Below are positions 1 through 9,923 of a DNA stretch of 64,000 nucleotides, piece by piece. The stretch is from an uncultured delta proteobacterium (GTDB taxonomy: Bacteria; Myxococcota; Myxococcia; Myxococcales; Myxococcaceae), in contig CAVQKE010000003.1 of assembly GCA_963713045.1 (NCBI GenBank), positions 864,001 through 928,000 of the forward strand, given 5' to 3'. The notes below the pieces were generated by a model. That model was not told the origin of the DNA. It searched no databases and was given only the letters and a program-made list of their open reading frames with translations. Made by a program: the position numbers and the translations under genes. Positions within the stretch are counted from its first letter, which is position 1, and each line of letters starts with the position of its first letter.

Positions 1-2
1 TC

Positions 3-641
3 CTCATCGACGGAGCGCATGCCCCGGGCATGGTGCCCGTAAATCTCGACGCCCTGGGCGCCGCCTACTACACCGCCAATTGCCACAAGTGGCTGTGCGC
101 GCCCAAAGGGGCGGCGTTCCTGCATGTCCGGCGTGACCGCCAGACGCGCATCCATCCCTTGACCATCAGCCACGGTTTCAACACGCCGCGCACCGACCGC
201 TCGCACTTCCAGGTTGAATTTGATTGGTGTGGAACCGACGACCCCACCGCCTGGTTATGCGTGCCCAAGTCACTCGAGGTCCTCGGGTCCCTCGTCCCCG
301 GCGGCTGGCCTCAACTGATGGCAAAAAACCATAAGCTCGCCCTGTCCGCCCGTCGGACGCTGTGCTCGGCGTTGGGCATCGCGCCACCCTGCCCGGAGGA
401 GATGGTCGGGTCACTGGCGTCGGTGCCGCTTCCAGCGGGTAACGGTCGACCCCGCCGTCCCCCTGGATTCGACCCACTGCAAGACGCCCTCTTCGAGCGC
501 AAGTCAGTCGAAGTCCCTGTTTTCAACTGGCCAGCTGCGCCCGCCCGCTGCGTCCGGGCCTCGGCGCAACTTTACAACTCGCCCGAGCAGTACGCGTACC
601 TCGCGCGGTGCCTGACTGAATTGCTGGCGGAAGGCATGTAG
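3..641 (+). CDS. Class V PLP-dependent aminotransferase (isopenicillin N epimerase / cysteine desulfhydrase-like), 5' truncated by the window edge
   Basis: Frame is open from base 3: LIDGAHAPG (PLP-binding DGAH) and NCHKWLCAPKG (PLP lysine). Confidence 0.85.
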   Translation, partial: LIDGAHAPGMVPVNLDALGAAYYTANCHKWLCAPKGAAFLHVRRDRQTRIHPLTISHGFNTPRTDRSHFQVEFDWCGTDDPTAWLCVPKSLEVLGSLVPGGWPQLMAKNHKLALSARRTLCSALGIAPPCPEEMVGSLASVPLPAGNGRPRRPPGFDPLQDALFERKSVEVPVFNWPAAPARCVRASAQLYNSPEQYAYLARCLTELLAEGM

Positions 642-822
642 CGCCCAGCTCCGCACAGCGGTCCACGCCGGTTCACCGGGGGGGCTTTCGGCATCCCACT
701 CCAAACGCCGCTTCCCCGGGTGAAGTCACGCTGAGGCACTCCACTCCCACCAGGCGGCTCGTGCCTAGCCACCGGCGGGAACGAGGTCCCCCTTCTTTGA
801 GAGTGGGTTTCTCCGACGCTGC

Positions 823-2163
823 CTAACCCAAGCAGATGCCAGCGGCCGCATAAAAGTCATATCCGTTGGCAGTACCGGCCGTTAAGCCCTGCGAAACTGG
901 CTGGCCGAGGACGGTCCACACGCCTCCGCCGCCGAAGATTTGGCAATTCGGAGCACCGAAGGGGGTCGGCGGCGCGAGCAGCTCACCTTGGAGGCCATTA
1001 TTCCCAAGGCCGACATTCACGACCATCGAAGGCAGCGATGACAAGGTGGCTGACGGAATGGTGTTGTTGGAAGTGAAGGTGATGCCAAACACTTGCGTCC
1101 CGGGCGGGGTGTAGCCAAAGCCAGGCGGCACGCCGCTGCTCAGCGTCACGGTGACGACGGTCCCCGCGGGGTAGGGGTATCCAGCATTTGCGGGGGGAAA
1201 CGTCACCGTCCCGCTCGTAACGTTGCTCCCGGAAATGGCTGCGAAGGCGACGGGGACGTTCTGCTGCGCTGGCAAGTTAATGGTGAACGTGCTGCTGGAA
1301 GCCGTGGTGACGCTGACATAAAAACTAGCCGAGTTATTGGCCGAGTCCTTCACGGTGATTTGCGTCGTGCCGTCGCCGGCACCCGTCACGGTGAAGAGAT
1401 TTTGCGAGCTGCCTTGGGCCGCCACGGTGGCGACGCCGCTGCTTTGACTCACTGCGGTGAAGGCCCCTGAGTAGCCGGTCTCGACCGCAGTCAGTGTCAC
1501 GTTTCCTCCGACGGTGAGGCTGTAGGGGGCCGCCGCCGTCGTCGCTGGTGAAAGGGTGACCACACCGGACGCCGCTGCCGGGATGACCAGAAGCGCAAGG
1601 GTGACTGTTGCTCCAGGAGCGAGGGTAAAGGTTCCCTGTGGACCGGTGTAGGTGAGCGTCGGCGCGACGAGAACAGCCGTGCCTATCTTTTGCCAGCCGG
1701 CCGATGGATTCGCAGAGTCGTAAACCTCGCCCTCATACGTGCCCGACGGAAACGTCGCCGTTCCGGTGGTGGTAATCGAAAACCCCGGGTACGCGCTGAA
1801 TACCTCCGGTGCCGTTGTGCCGTTTGTCAATTGCAAGAATGCAAGGGGTGTGGGCGCCCCGGTGCTTTCCGACTGACGTCCGGATTGAGGATTGGTCGCC
1901 ACGCTGGAGGTGGGTGCCGGCAAACCGACCGGGGCTTGCGTTGAGATGGTGGTCTCCATTGCGGCGCCAACCGGAGTTGCTGCTGGAAGGTTCAGGTTCT
2001 CCGTGTAGGGCCCGACCGGAGGAAGAGGAATGACAGTTGCGGTGCTGGACAAGGTGACTGTCTTGGATGCTGAGGTGGGAGTTGACGAGCCGCAAGCAAC
2101 CAGGAGCGACACGGCCGTCAAAAAAAGGCACCGCGACACGGCTGACAGATTTCGAAGGTGCAT
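823..2163 (-). CDS. Ser/Thr/Gly/Pro-rich, beta-rich surface lipoprotein with an Ig-like segment
   Basis: ATG at 2163 follows a GAGG RBS; lipobox LLVAC followed by a GSST linker; Ig-like stretch AVETGYSGAFTAVSQSSGVATVA...GTTQITVKD; codon usage visibly less GC-rich than neighbours. Confidence 0.75.
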   Translation of the reverse strand: MHLRNLSAVSRCLFLTAVSLLVACGSSTPTSASKTVTLSSTATVIPLPPVGPYTENLNLPAATPVGAAMETTISTQAPVGLPAPTSSVATNPQSGRQSESTGAPTPLAFLQLTNGTTAPEVFSAYPGFSITTTGTATFPSGTYEGEVYDSANPSAGWQKIGTAVLVAPTLTYTGPQGTFTLAPGATVTLALLVIPAAASGVVTLSPATTAAAPYSLTVGGNVTLTAVETGYSGAFTAVSQSSGVATVAAQGSSQNLFTVTGAGDGTTQITVKDSANNSASFYVSVTTASSSTFTINLPAQQNVPVAFAAISGSNVTSGTVTFPPANAGYPYPAGTVVTVTLSSGVPPGFGYTPPGTQVFGITFTSNNTIPSATLSSLPSMVVNVGLGNNGLQGELLAPPTPFGAPNCQIFGGGGVWTVLGQPVSQGLTAGTANGYDFYAAAGICLG

Positions 2164-2748
2164 GGGTTTCCTCACTTCTAAATGAAGCGTTTGGAGCTAG
2201 TTGAAAAGCCGACGACGGCCGAGTGGACGAGGGTGCCGTCTCGGACGCAAAAAGTAGGGTGTCGCTGAGGTCCGTCAAGGCCGCGTCGCGAGCCGGAGCG
2301 GCCCAGGTATTGCCACCACAATCGCAGACGAGCCCCCTCCCAGAAACTTGGAGGGGAACCCTCGCATGGGGATTCTCCTCTGGCAACCACCGAATGCGCG
2401 GTGACCCCACCGCTGCGTTTTGGCTTTGCAGAGCAATTGCTTGGAGGAATTTTACGTGAGGCTGGAAAACAAAAGCTGGCCCTGCCCCCGGCGAAAATAA
2501 TGCGCACTGCTGTCTTTGCCCACAAGGGGCACCCGTCGCGGTGTTTTTTTATTTTCGGGCCCTGGGGACTGCTGTCGTCCCGGCGGCGAACACGCAGGTA
2601 AGCGCGGGACCGTCGAAGCAACTTCCCCTGCGAGCTGCAGCACCTCTGCTGAGGCCGAACAGCATTTCACACGTCAAGCTGGCTCTGTCAGACGCAGACG
2701 CGTGCTCCAACACGGTGTAGAAACTTTGCGTCTCAGGAAGAGCCGGTC

Positions 2749-2778
2749 TTGCCGGATTGGCGTCTGGCTCTCTAGTCT
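2749..2778 (+). promoter_or_regulatory. Putative sigma70/SigA promoter for ppx, probably giving a leaderless transcript
   Basis: TTGCCG-N18-TAGTCT; the ATG lies 8 nt after the -10 box and has no SD. Confidence 0.45.
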
Positions 2779-2786
2779 TTCGCGCC

Positions 2787-3713
2787 ATGGCCCGGTACGC
2801 CGCCATCGACGTCGGGACCAACACCGTCTTGCTGGTCGTCGCTGAACGCGCGCCATCCGGCTTTCGGATGGTCGCTGAGCGAGGAGCCATCACCCGCCTG
2901 GGGAAGGGAGTAGACGCGGACAAGCGACTCGCGCCGGAGGCGATGGCACGCACGCTGGATGCAGTGGGCCGTTTCGCTGACGAGGCACGCGCTCTGGGGG
3001 CGGTCGACCTGGTCGTCACCGCCACCTCGGCCGCCCGGGACGCAGCCAACGGCCCGGAGTTCCTCGAGGCGGCGCGTACCCGCGCCGGTGTGCCGGTGGA
3101 GATTCTCTCGGGCGCAGCGGAGGCGCAGCTCTCGTACCTGGCCGTGGCCAATGACTTTGCCGCAGAGGCGGGCACGCGGGAGCTGGTGGCCATTGACATC
3201 GGCGGCGGCTCTACCGAGTTCATCTTCGGCCATGGCCCCAAGGTGCGCTTTCACACCAGCCTCAACGTCGGTTCGGTGCGTCTCACCGAACGCTGTGTGC
3301 GGTCGGACCCGCCTTCGAGCGATGACTTTTCCCGGCTTCGCGCCACCCTCGAATCCGCGCTGGCCGCCGTCCCGCCACCCGAAACAGGCGCGCTGGTGGT
3401 CGGTGTTGCCGGCACCGTCACCACGCTCTACGCCGTCGCCAACAGCATCGCGCCCTATGACGCCGGCCGCGTCCACGGGGGTTGGCTGTCGCGCGAGGTG
3501 CTGGCCGAGACGCGCGCCAAACTCGCGTCGATGCCCCTCGAGCAGCGACGAGCCGTTCCGGGGCTGCAACCCGAGCGCGCCGATGTCATCATTGCTGGAG
3601 CCGTTCTCCTCGAATTCGCACTGGACCACCTCGGCGCCCCAGGCGCGCGCGTGAGTGACCACGGCCTGCGCTGGGGCTTGCTGGCGGCCCGCTTTGGGAG
3701 TGCGCCGACGTGA
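2787..3713 (+). CDS. ppx: Ppx/GppA family exopolyphosphatase (short form)
   Basis: AAIDVGTNT, ATSAARDAANG, EAQLSY, DIGGGSTE, GSVRLTE, GLRWG motifs. Confidence 0.9.
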   Translation: MARYAAIDVGTNTVLLVVAERAPSGFRMVAERGAITRLGKGVDADKRLAPEAMARTLDAVGRFADEARALGAVDLVVTATSAARDAANGPEFLEAARTRAGVPVEILSGAAEAQLSYLAVANDFAAEAGTRELVAIDIGGGSTEFIFGHGPKVRFHTSLNVGSVRLTERCVRSDPPSSDDFSRLRATLESALAAVPPPETGALVVGVAGTVTTLYAVANSIAPYDAGRVHGGWLSREVLAETRAKLASMPLEQRRAVPGLQPERADVIIAGAVLLEFALDHLGAPGARVSDHGLRWGLLAARFGSAPT

Positions 3714-4972
3714 CTTCCCCGGAGGCCGTCACGCGAGGACAGGCGCGCTATGCGCTGACGGTCCTCACGCTCATCAACCTGCTCAACTACCTGGACCGGT
3801 ACATCGCCGCCGGGATGATGCCCCGCATCATGGAGGCCTTCCACGTCGACAAGGCCGCGGCCGGGTTGCTGGGGAGCGTCTTCATCATCGTCTACATGCT
3901 GTTTGCCCCGTTGGCTGGTGTCATTGGGGACAAATATCCCCGGCGACTGGTGCTCGCCGGCGGAATCTTTCTGTGGAGCCTAGCCACAGTCGGCGGCGGC
4001 TTCGCCACCACTTTCGCCGCACTCCTCCTGGCGCGCTCCATCGTCGGCGTGGGCGAGGCTGGCTACGGGACGGTCGCTCCGGGGCTCATCGCGGACTTGT
4101 TTCCTCGCGCCGAGCGCTCGCGGATGCTGGCTTACTTCTACATTGCCATCCCGGTGGGCGCGGCCATGGGCTTTGCCCTGGGCGGCTGGTTGGGCCACCG
4201 CTACAGCTGGCAGCACGCCTTTTGGGTGGCTGGGATTCCGGGGCTGCTGGTGGCGGGGCTGGCGCTGCGGGTGCCGGACCCGCCCCGGGGGGCGACGGAT
4301 GAGGGGCCGCGGCCACCAAAGGTGCCCTTCCTGGTGGGCCTTTTGCGACTGAGAAGCAACGCCATCTACTGGGCTGCGGTGGCCGGGCTCACCTTGATGA
4401 CCTTCTCCATCGGTGGCCTCGCCAACTGGATGCCGGCCTTTCTCGAATTGGAACGGGGTGTCAACCCGGAAACCGCTGGACTGTACTTTGGAGCCATCAC
4501 CGCCCTGGCAGGCATTGTGGGAACACTGGTCGGCGGTTGGTTGGGGGACGTGGCAGACCGCAAGTCCACCACCGGGGGGATGTCCCTCTCTGGTTGGGGG
4601 CTGCTCCTTGCCGTCCCGTTTATGGCGGTGGTGGCATTGGCGCCGCAGCCGCTCGTCATTTTTGCAGCCGTGGCCTTGGCCCAATTCTTCGTATTCCTCA
4701 ACAACGGGCCGCTGAACGCGGCCATCGTCAGTGCCGTGCCGGCAGATGTTCGCAGCTTCGCAGTGGGACTCAGCGTCCTGGCCTACCACGCTCTCGGGGA
4801 CGCCATCTCTCCCCCCATCATCGGAGCCATCGCCGACCATTCGAGCCTAAGCACCGCCATCCTTCTCAACGCCATCCCAGTGGGCCTGGGCGGGGTGATT
4901 CTCGTCCTGTCGGCGCGGCTCCTGGGGCGCCCGGTGGTATCGGGCGCGGCCGGCGGCTCGCTCAGCGCTTAG
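3710..4972 (+). CDS. MFS transporter, spinster-like
   Basis: About 12 hydrophobic segments; INLLNYLDRY, motif A GDKYPRR, GVGEAG, GDAISP; GTGA overlap with ppx. Confidence 0.85.
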   Translation: MTSPEAVTRGQARYALTVLTLINLLNYLDRYIAAGMMPRIMEAFHVDKAAAGLLGSVFIIVYMLFAPLAGVIGDKYPRRLVLAGGIFLWSLATVGGGFATTFAALLLARSIVGVGEAGYGTVAPGLIADLFPRAERSRMLAYFYIAIPVGAAMGFALGGWLGHRYSWQHAFWVAGIPGLLVAGLALRVPDPPRGATDEGPRPPKVPFLVGLLRLRSNAIYWAAVAGLTLMTFSIGGLANWMPAFLELERGVNPETAGLYFGAITALAGIVGTLVGGWLGDVADRKSTTGGMSLSGWGLLLAVPFMAVVALAPQPLVIFAAVALAQFFVFLNNGPLNAAIVSAVPADVRSFAVGLSVLAYHALGDAISPPIIGAIADHSSLSTAILLNAIPVGLGGVILVLSARLLGRPVVSGAAGGSLSA

Positions 4973-5036
4973 GAGTGCCCTGAACAGGGGAGGACGGTTG
5001 CTCGGGGCCGTCGACTCGGTTAGCCAGTGGCCAGCA

Positions 5037-6107
5037 ATGGCGCCCGTGCCCAGCCCCTTCATCCGCAGCGTTGGCACCGCCTTGCCACAGCATTACGCCG
5101 ACCAGGAAACGCTCATCACTGCGTTTCGCACCCATTGGGCGAAGGAGCACTTCAACGTCGAGCGCCTTGAGGAGTTGCACCGGGCGGTGCAAGTGGGCGG
5201 TCGACACCTGGCAGTTCCTCTCGAGGAGTACCCCGATTTGAGGGACCTCAAATCCCGCAACGACGCGTGGATTCGAGTGGCCACCGAAGTCGGAGAGCAG
5301 GCTGTCCAACAGGCGCTCGAGCGCGCCGGGTTTGCGACCACAGACGTGGACCATCTCTTCTTCGTTACCGTCACTGGCATCGCCACGCCTTCAGTCGATG
5401 CACGGCTGATGAACCGGCTGGGACTGCGCTCGGACGTCAAGAGGACGCCCATCTTCGGGCTGGGCTGCGTTGCCGGCGCGGCCGGCCTGGCACGGGCCAG
5501 TGACGTCCTCCGCGCATTTCCTAACCAGGTGGCCGTCCTGCTGTCGGTGGAGCTGTGTTCGCTCACGCTGCAGCGCGAGGACCTCTCCATCGCCAACATC
5601 ATCGCCAGCGGACTTTTCGGCGACGGCGCTGCTGCGCTGGTGCTTTCCGGTGCAGAGCGACCCGCCCCCGCCTGCCCGCGCGTCCTCGGCACCGGCAGCG
5701 TCTTCTACCCGGACACCGAACGGGTGATGGGGTGGGACGTGGTGAATGGCGGATTCAAGGTGGTGCTGAGCGCGAAAGTTCCCGAGGTGGTGCGCGCCCA
5801 CGTGCGTCAGGACGTCGGTGCCTTCCTGGCACGGTACGGCTTAGAGAGTAGCGACATCCGACACTGGATTGCCCACACCGGTGGGCCCAAAGTGTTGGAA
5901 GCCTTCGAGAGCACTCTCGAGTTGCCCCCCGACGCGCTCGCCCGCTCCTGGAGGTCTCTGCGAGAGACCGGCAACCTGTCTTCGGCATCGGTGCTCTTCG
6001 TCCTCGAGTCCTTGCTTTCCTCGGGCGAGGCGAAGCCAGGAGATTACGGCCTGCTTCTCGCGATGGGCCCCGGCTTCTGCTCAGAGCTGGTGCTACTGAA
6101 ATGGTGA
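5037..6107 (+). CDS. Type III polyketide synthase (alkylresorcinol/alkylpyrone synthase, FtpA/SrsA-like)
   Basis: Cys-His-Asn triad in GLGCVAG, IAHTGGPKV and GNLSSAS; also LFGDGAAA and MGPGF. Confidence 0.92.
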   Translation: MAPVPSPFIRSVGTALPQHYADQETLITAFRTHWAKEHFNVERLEELHRAVQVGGRHLAVPLEEYPDLRDLKSRNDAWIRVATEVGEQAVQQALERAGFATTDVDHLFFVTVTGIATPSVDARLMNRLGLRSDVKRTPIFGLGCVAGAAGLARASDVLRAFPNQVAVLLSVELCSLTLQREDLSIANIIASGLFGDGAAALVLSGAERPAPACPRVLGTGSVFYPDTERVMGWDVVNGGFKVVLSAKVPEVVRAHVRQDVGAFLARYGLESSDIRHWIAHTGGPKVLEAFESTLELPPDALARSWRSLRETGNLSSASVLFVLESLLSSGEAKPGDYGLLLAMGPGFCSELVLLKW

Positions 6108-6676
6108 CGTCGCTCGGCCTGTATCTGGCCTTCCTCGGCTTGCTCGGCCTAGAGCGCTTGGCGGAACTTCTGCTGTCGCTGCGCAACGCGCGCCAGGCCC
6201 GTGCGGCCGGAGCGATTGAGGCCGGCCGCGGCCACTATCCGGTGATGGTGGCTTTCCATACGCTGTTCCTGGTGAGCTGTGCGGCCGAGGCGATGCTGGT
6301 GCCTCGCTCCTTCCCAGGCGCCGTGGGCTGGGCCGCCCTCGCTGTCGCATTGGCCGCGCAAGGACTCCGCTATTGGGCGGTGGCCTCGCTTGGCGTCCGC
6401 TGGAATACGCGGGTGCTGGTCTGGCCGGGGCTGCCGCCCGTGACCTCGGGTCCCTACCGTTTTCTGCGTCACCCCAACTACCTGGCCATCGTCTTAGAGA
6501 TGGCTGCAGTTCCAATGGTGTACGGAGCCTGGGTGACAGCGGTGGTATTTTCCTTGGGCAACCTAATTCTCCTCAGGGTTCGCATCCGCTCCGAGGAGGA
6601 GGCTTTGGGCGATGCCTGGGCCACGGCTTTCGCCGGGCACCCGCGATGGCTTCCGGAGCTCCACCGTGGCGAGTGA
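6101..6676 (+). CDS. Isoprenylcysteine carboxyl methyltransferase family membrane O-methyltransferase (SrsB/BpsB-like)
   Basis: GPYRFLRHPNY and RIRSEEEAL motifs; overlaps the PKS stop codon. Confidence 0.88.
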   Translation: MVTSLGLYLAFLGLLGLERLAELLLSLRNARQARAAGAIEAGRGHYPVMVAFHTLFLVSCAAEAMLVPRSFPGAVGWAALAVALAAQGLRYWAVASLGVRWNTRVLVWPGLPPVTSGPYRFLRHPNYLAIVLEMAAVPMVYGAWVTAVVFSLGNLILLRVRIRSEEEALGDAWATAFAGHPRWLPELHRGE

Positions 6677-6917
6677 GTCGGACGTCCTGGAAACCATCCG
6701 CGTGATTGCTCGCACCGAGCTCGAGCTGGAGCGCCCGGTGCACCCTGGAGATGACTTGCTGGCCGACCTTGGACTGGACAGCCTTGGCCTCACCGTCCTC
6801 GCCGTAGGGCTGGAGAACCGCTTTCGAGTCAAGTTGTCCCAGGAGGACGCGGTTGGCTTACGCACCGTCGAGGACCTCGCCAAACTGGTGGTGCGGCGCT
6901 GCGAGGCGTCGGCATGA
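6666..6917 (+). CDS. Acyl carrier protein
   Basis: LGLDSLG phosphopantetheine site; LENRFRV and TVEDL; GTG start at 6666. Confidence 0.9.
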   Translation: MASESDVLETIRVIARTELELERPVHPGDDLLADLGLDSLGLTVLAVGLENRFRVKLSQEDAVGLRTVEDLAKLVVRRCEASA

Positions 6918-8683
6918 GTGGCCGGTCGAGACTTGTCGGGGCACCCCAGCCTCCTCCGCGCCATGCCTCGATTCTGGAGGCACTTCGCCGGGCAGCCGAG
7001 CACCCTTCTGGCTTGACGTTTGTCGACGCCTCGGAGTCCGAGGAGACGTTGCCCTGGTCCGAAGTCCGGGCTCGGGCGCTCGCAACGGCGGGCGCCCTGC
7101 GTCGCCTCGGCGTCTGCCCGGGCGATTCGGTCGCCATCATCCTCCCCACGGCGCCAGCCTTCATGGACGCCTTCTTCGGCACCCTCCTGGCAGGCGCGGT
7201 GCCTGTTCCTCTCTATCCGCCAGTGCGGCTCGGGCGCCTGGAGGAGTACCACCGCAGCACCGCGCGAATGCTGCAGCTGTCGGGCGCCGTTCTGGTACTG
7301 ACCGACGGGCTGGTAGGGCGACTGCTCGGCCAGGCCGTGGCCGCGGCGCGGCCGCGACTTGGCTGCCATCGCGTCTCGACGCTGCGGAAGGCGGGCGAGG
7401 CACCGTTCGAGTCTTCGGTTTCCCCGGACGCGCTGGCGGCGGTGCAGTTCTCGTCTGGAAGTACCGTCGACCCGAAGCCGGTGGCCCTCAGCCACGCCAA
7501 CGTCATGGCTCAGGTGGAAACCATCCGGGCGCTGATGCCAGTGCGGGAGGGACTGCGGCCGCTCGGAGTGAGCTGGTTGCCGCTGTACCACGACATGGGC
7601 CTTATCGGTTGCCTGGTCAATGCGGTCGCCTACCCGGGCCCGCTGGTGCTGCTGCGGCCCGAGCAGTTCCTCGCGCGGCCGGCACTGTGGCTGCGGGCGC
7701 TGTCGCGGCATCGCGGCACCCTCTCCGCAGCACCCAACTTCGCCTACGCCCTGTGCGTCCGCCGCATTCGCGCAGACGAGCTTCAAGGGGTCGACCTGTC
7801 CTCCTGGGCCCTCGCCCTCAATGGGGCCGAGTCCATTTCCCCGGACGTGGCGAGGCGCTTCGTCGAGCGCTTCAGCCCCTATGGCTTCGACCCGCGAGCC
7901 CTGGTACCGGCCTACGGGCTCGCCGAGGCGTCGCTGGCAGTGACCTTTGCACCCAGCCGCGCCGCGCTGCACACGGTGTCCATTGACGCCACCGCGCTTG
8001 CCGCCGAGGGCCGGGTGCGGCCGGGCGACCGCACCCTGGTGTCCGTGGGAGGGCCGGTCCCGGGAGCGGAAGTGGAAGTGCGCGCCGAGACGGGCGAGGT
8101 CGTCGCTTGGGGTACCGTGGGCCGCATCCACGTCCGTGGGCCGTCGGTGATGGTCGGCTACCTGGGGCAACCCGAGGCGACCCGCGACGCCCTCGTCCAA
8201 GGCTGGTTGGACACCGGAGACCTCGGCTTCGTGGCGGACGGGGAGCTGGTCGTCAGCGGCCGGGCCAAGGACATCATCGTGCTCCGCGGCGCCAACCACG
8301 TCCCGCAGGAGTTTGAGGAGGCGCTGGAAGGCCTCGATGGCGTCCGTACCGGCTGTGCCGTGGCACTGGGCGCCATCCCGCCGGGTTCCGAGGGTGAGGA
8401 ACTCGTCCTCCTCGTCGAGCTCAACACCGGAGCTCCAGCGGACCTCGCAGACCGCGTCCGCACGCGGGTGCTTGAACGCACTGGCATCCGCCCTCACACC
8501 GTGGCCGTACTGACACCGGGGACGTTGCCTCGCACCTCCAGTGGGAAGCTGCGGCGAGGAGAGGCCCTCCGGCGCTGGCAGACTGGGACGCTGACGCCGC
8601 CGCGCAAAGTCCGACTTCTTGGCATGGCCGGAGCAATGGTCCGCAGTGCGGTGGCGATGGCGCGCGCCGGCCGCGATGTATGA
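6914..8683 (+). CDS. Fatty acyl-AMP ligase (FAAL)
   Basis: QFSSGST..PK, SWLPLYHDMGLIG, AYGLAEA followed by a FAAL-type insertion, TGDLG, RTSSGK. Confidence 0.9.
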   Translation: MSGRSRLVGAPQPPPRHASILEALRRAAEHPSGLTFVDASESEETLPWSEVRARALATAGALRRLGVCPGDSVAIILPTAPAFMDAFFGTLLAGAVPVPLYPPVRLGRLEEYHRSTARMLQLSGAVLVLTDGLVGRLLGQAVAAARPRLGCHRVSTLRKAGEAPFESSVSPDALAAVQFSSGSTVDPKPVALSHANVMAQVETIRALMPVREGLRPLGVSWLPLYHDMGLIGCLVNAVAYPGPLVLLRPEQFLARPALWLRALSRHRGTLSAAPNFAYALCVRRIRADELQGVDLSSWALALNGAESISPDVARRFVERFSPYGFDPRALVPAYGLAEASLAVTFAPSRAALHTVSIDATALAAEGRVRPGDRTLVSVGGPVPGAEVEVRAETGEVVAWGTVGRIHVRGPSVMVGYLGQPEATRDALVQGWLDTGDLGFVADGELVVSGRAKDIIVLRGANHVPQEFEEALEGLDGVRTGCAVALGAIPPGSEGEELVLLVELNTGAPADLADRVRTRVLERTGIRPHTVAVLTPGTLPRTSSGKLRRGEALRRWQTGTLTPPRKVRLLGMAGAMVRSAVAMARAGRDV

Positions 8684-9774
8684 AGGTGGACGTGGCCATC
8701 GCAGGAGCAGGGCCGGCCGGCCTTGCCGCAGCCATTCACGCCGCACGGGCCGGGCTCTCGGTCGCGCTGTTCGAGCGTGAGGAGCTGCCCCGGGACAAGG
8801 CCTGCGGCGAAGGATTGATGCCGCCCGGGCTTCAAGCGCTGGAGCGGCTCGGAGCGCGGGAGGCGCTGGACGCCTCCGACTGGGCACCCATCCGCGGCAT
8901 CCGCTACCTCCAGGAAGACGGCTCGACGCTGGAGGGGCGGCTTCCCGGTGCCGGTGGCATCGGCATCCGACGCACGGCGCTCGCACGCGTTCTCCTCGAG
9001 CGTGCTACGGCCGCGGGCGTCCGCATCTACCCACGAACCGCGGTCCGCGCACACCACCGCACCGGCACTGCGGTGGAGGTGGAGACCGACAGTGGTACTT
9101 GGGAGACGGCGGTGCTGGTGGCGGCGGACGGGCTCGCGTCTCCCTTGCGTACCGCAGAGGGACTGGACCTTCCAGCGGCCGGCCCCCGTCGCTATGGGCT
9201 GCGCCAGCACGTCCGGCTGTGTCCCTGGACGGATTTCGTGGAGGTCTACCTGACGAATGGGTTGGAGGCCTACGTCACACCTGCCGGACCAGAGCGCGTC
9301 GGGGTGGCATTTTTATGGGAGGACGGACGCGTCCCACCGCAAATCTCCTGGGCGTCCCTGATGGAGCGCGTCCCCGCGCTGGCGGCGCGGCTTCGCGGCG
9401 CGGTCAGTGACTCAAGTCCGCGTGGCGCGGGCCCACTGAGGCGTCGGGTGCGGGCGCGGGTGCGGCCGCGCTTCGTCCTTCTCGGGGACGCCGCCGGCTA
9501 CGTCGATGCCATCACCGGCGAAGGGCTTTCTCTCGCCTTGGTGTGTGCCGAGGCACTCGGTGCATGCCTACCAGATGTCATCTCCCGGGCAGGCGAGCCG
9601 GCCGCCTTTCGTCCCTACCTGGTGACGTGGCAACGTGAGTACCGACGCTACGCGCTGGTCGCGGAGACTGTCCTCTCCCTCGCTCGACACCCCAACATCC
9701 GCCGCCCCGTCTTCGCGACCCTGGCGTTGAGGCCTGAACTCTTTTCCTGGCTGCTGGCCCACACCGTGGCCTGA
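8680..9774 (+). CDS. FAD-dependent oxidoreductase/monooxygenase (geranylgeranyl reductase-like)
   Basis: GAGPAG, KACGEG, AADG and GDAAGYVDAITGEG motifs. Confidence 0.88.
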   Translation: MKVDVAIAGAGPAGLAAAIHAARAGLSVALFEREELPRDKACGEGLMPPGLQALERLGAREALDASDWAPIRGIRYLQEDGSTLEGRLPGAGGIGIRRTALARVLLERATAAGVRIYPRTAVRAHHRTGTAVEVETDSGTWETAVLVAADGLASPLRTAEGLDLPAAGPRRYGLRQHVRLCPWTDFVEVYLTNGLEAYVTPAGPERVGVAFLWEDGRVPPQISWASLMERVPALAARLRGAVSDSSPRGAGPLRRRVRARVRPRFVLLGDAAGYVDAITGEGLSLALVCAEALGACLPDVISRAGEPAAFRPYLVTWQREYRRYALVAETVLSLARHPNIRRPVFATLALRPELFSWLLAHTVA

Positions 9775-9923
9775 CGCTTCGGTCACGGTGGGGTGCAGTC
9801 CGCTACCACCCTAGACGCTGCCCGGCGCCCTTCCCGACGGAGGGTGGGCATCGGAGACACGTCGTCCGAAGACGGGCCGAGCTGTCATTGGCGTTCGGCA
9901 GTGCCTAGCTCTTATTGGACGCG

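Noticed and set aside
3..641. Ergothioneine pathway link between the class V lyase-like gene and the glutamate-cysteine ligase
   Set aside because: The genes are about 59 kb apart and no egtB or egtD is in the window.
2176..2760. GACGCAAA motifs on both strands suggesting a c-di-GMP-I riboswitch
   Set aside because: No GNRA-capped P2 or tetraloop receptor could be folded; an Infernal search would settle it.
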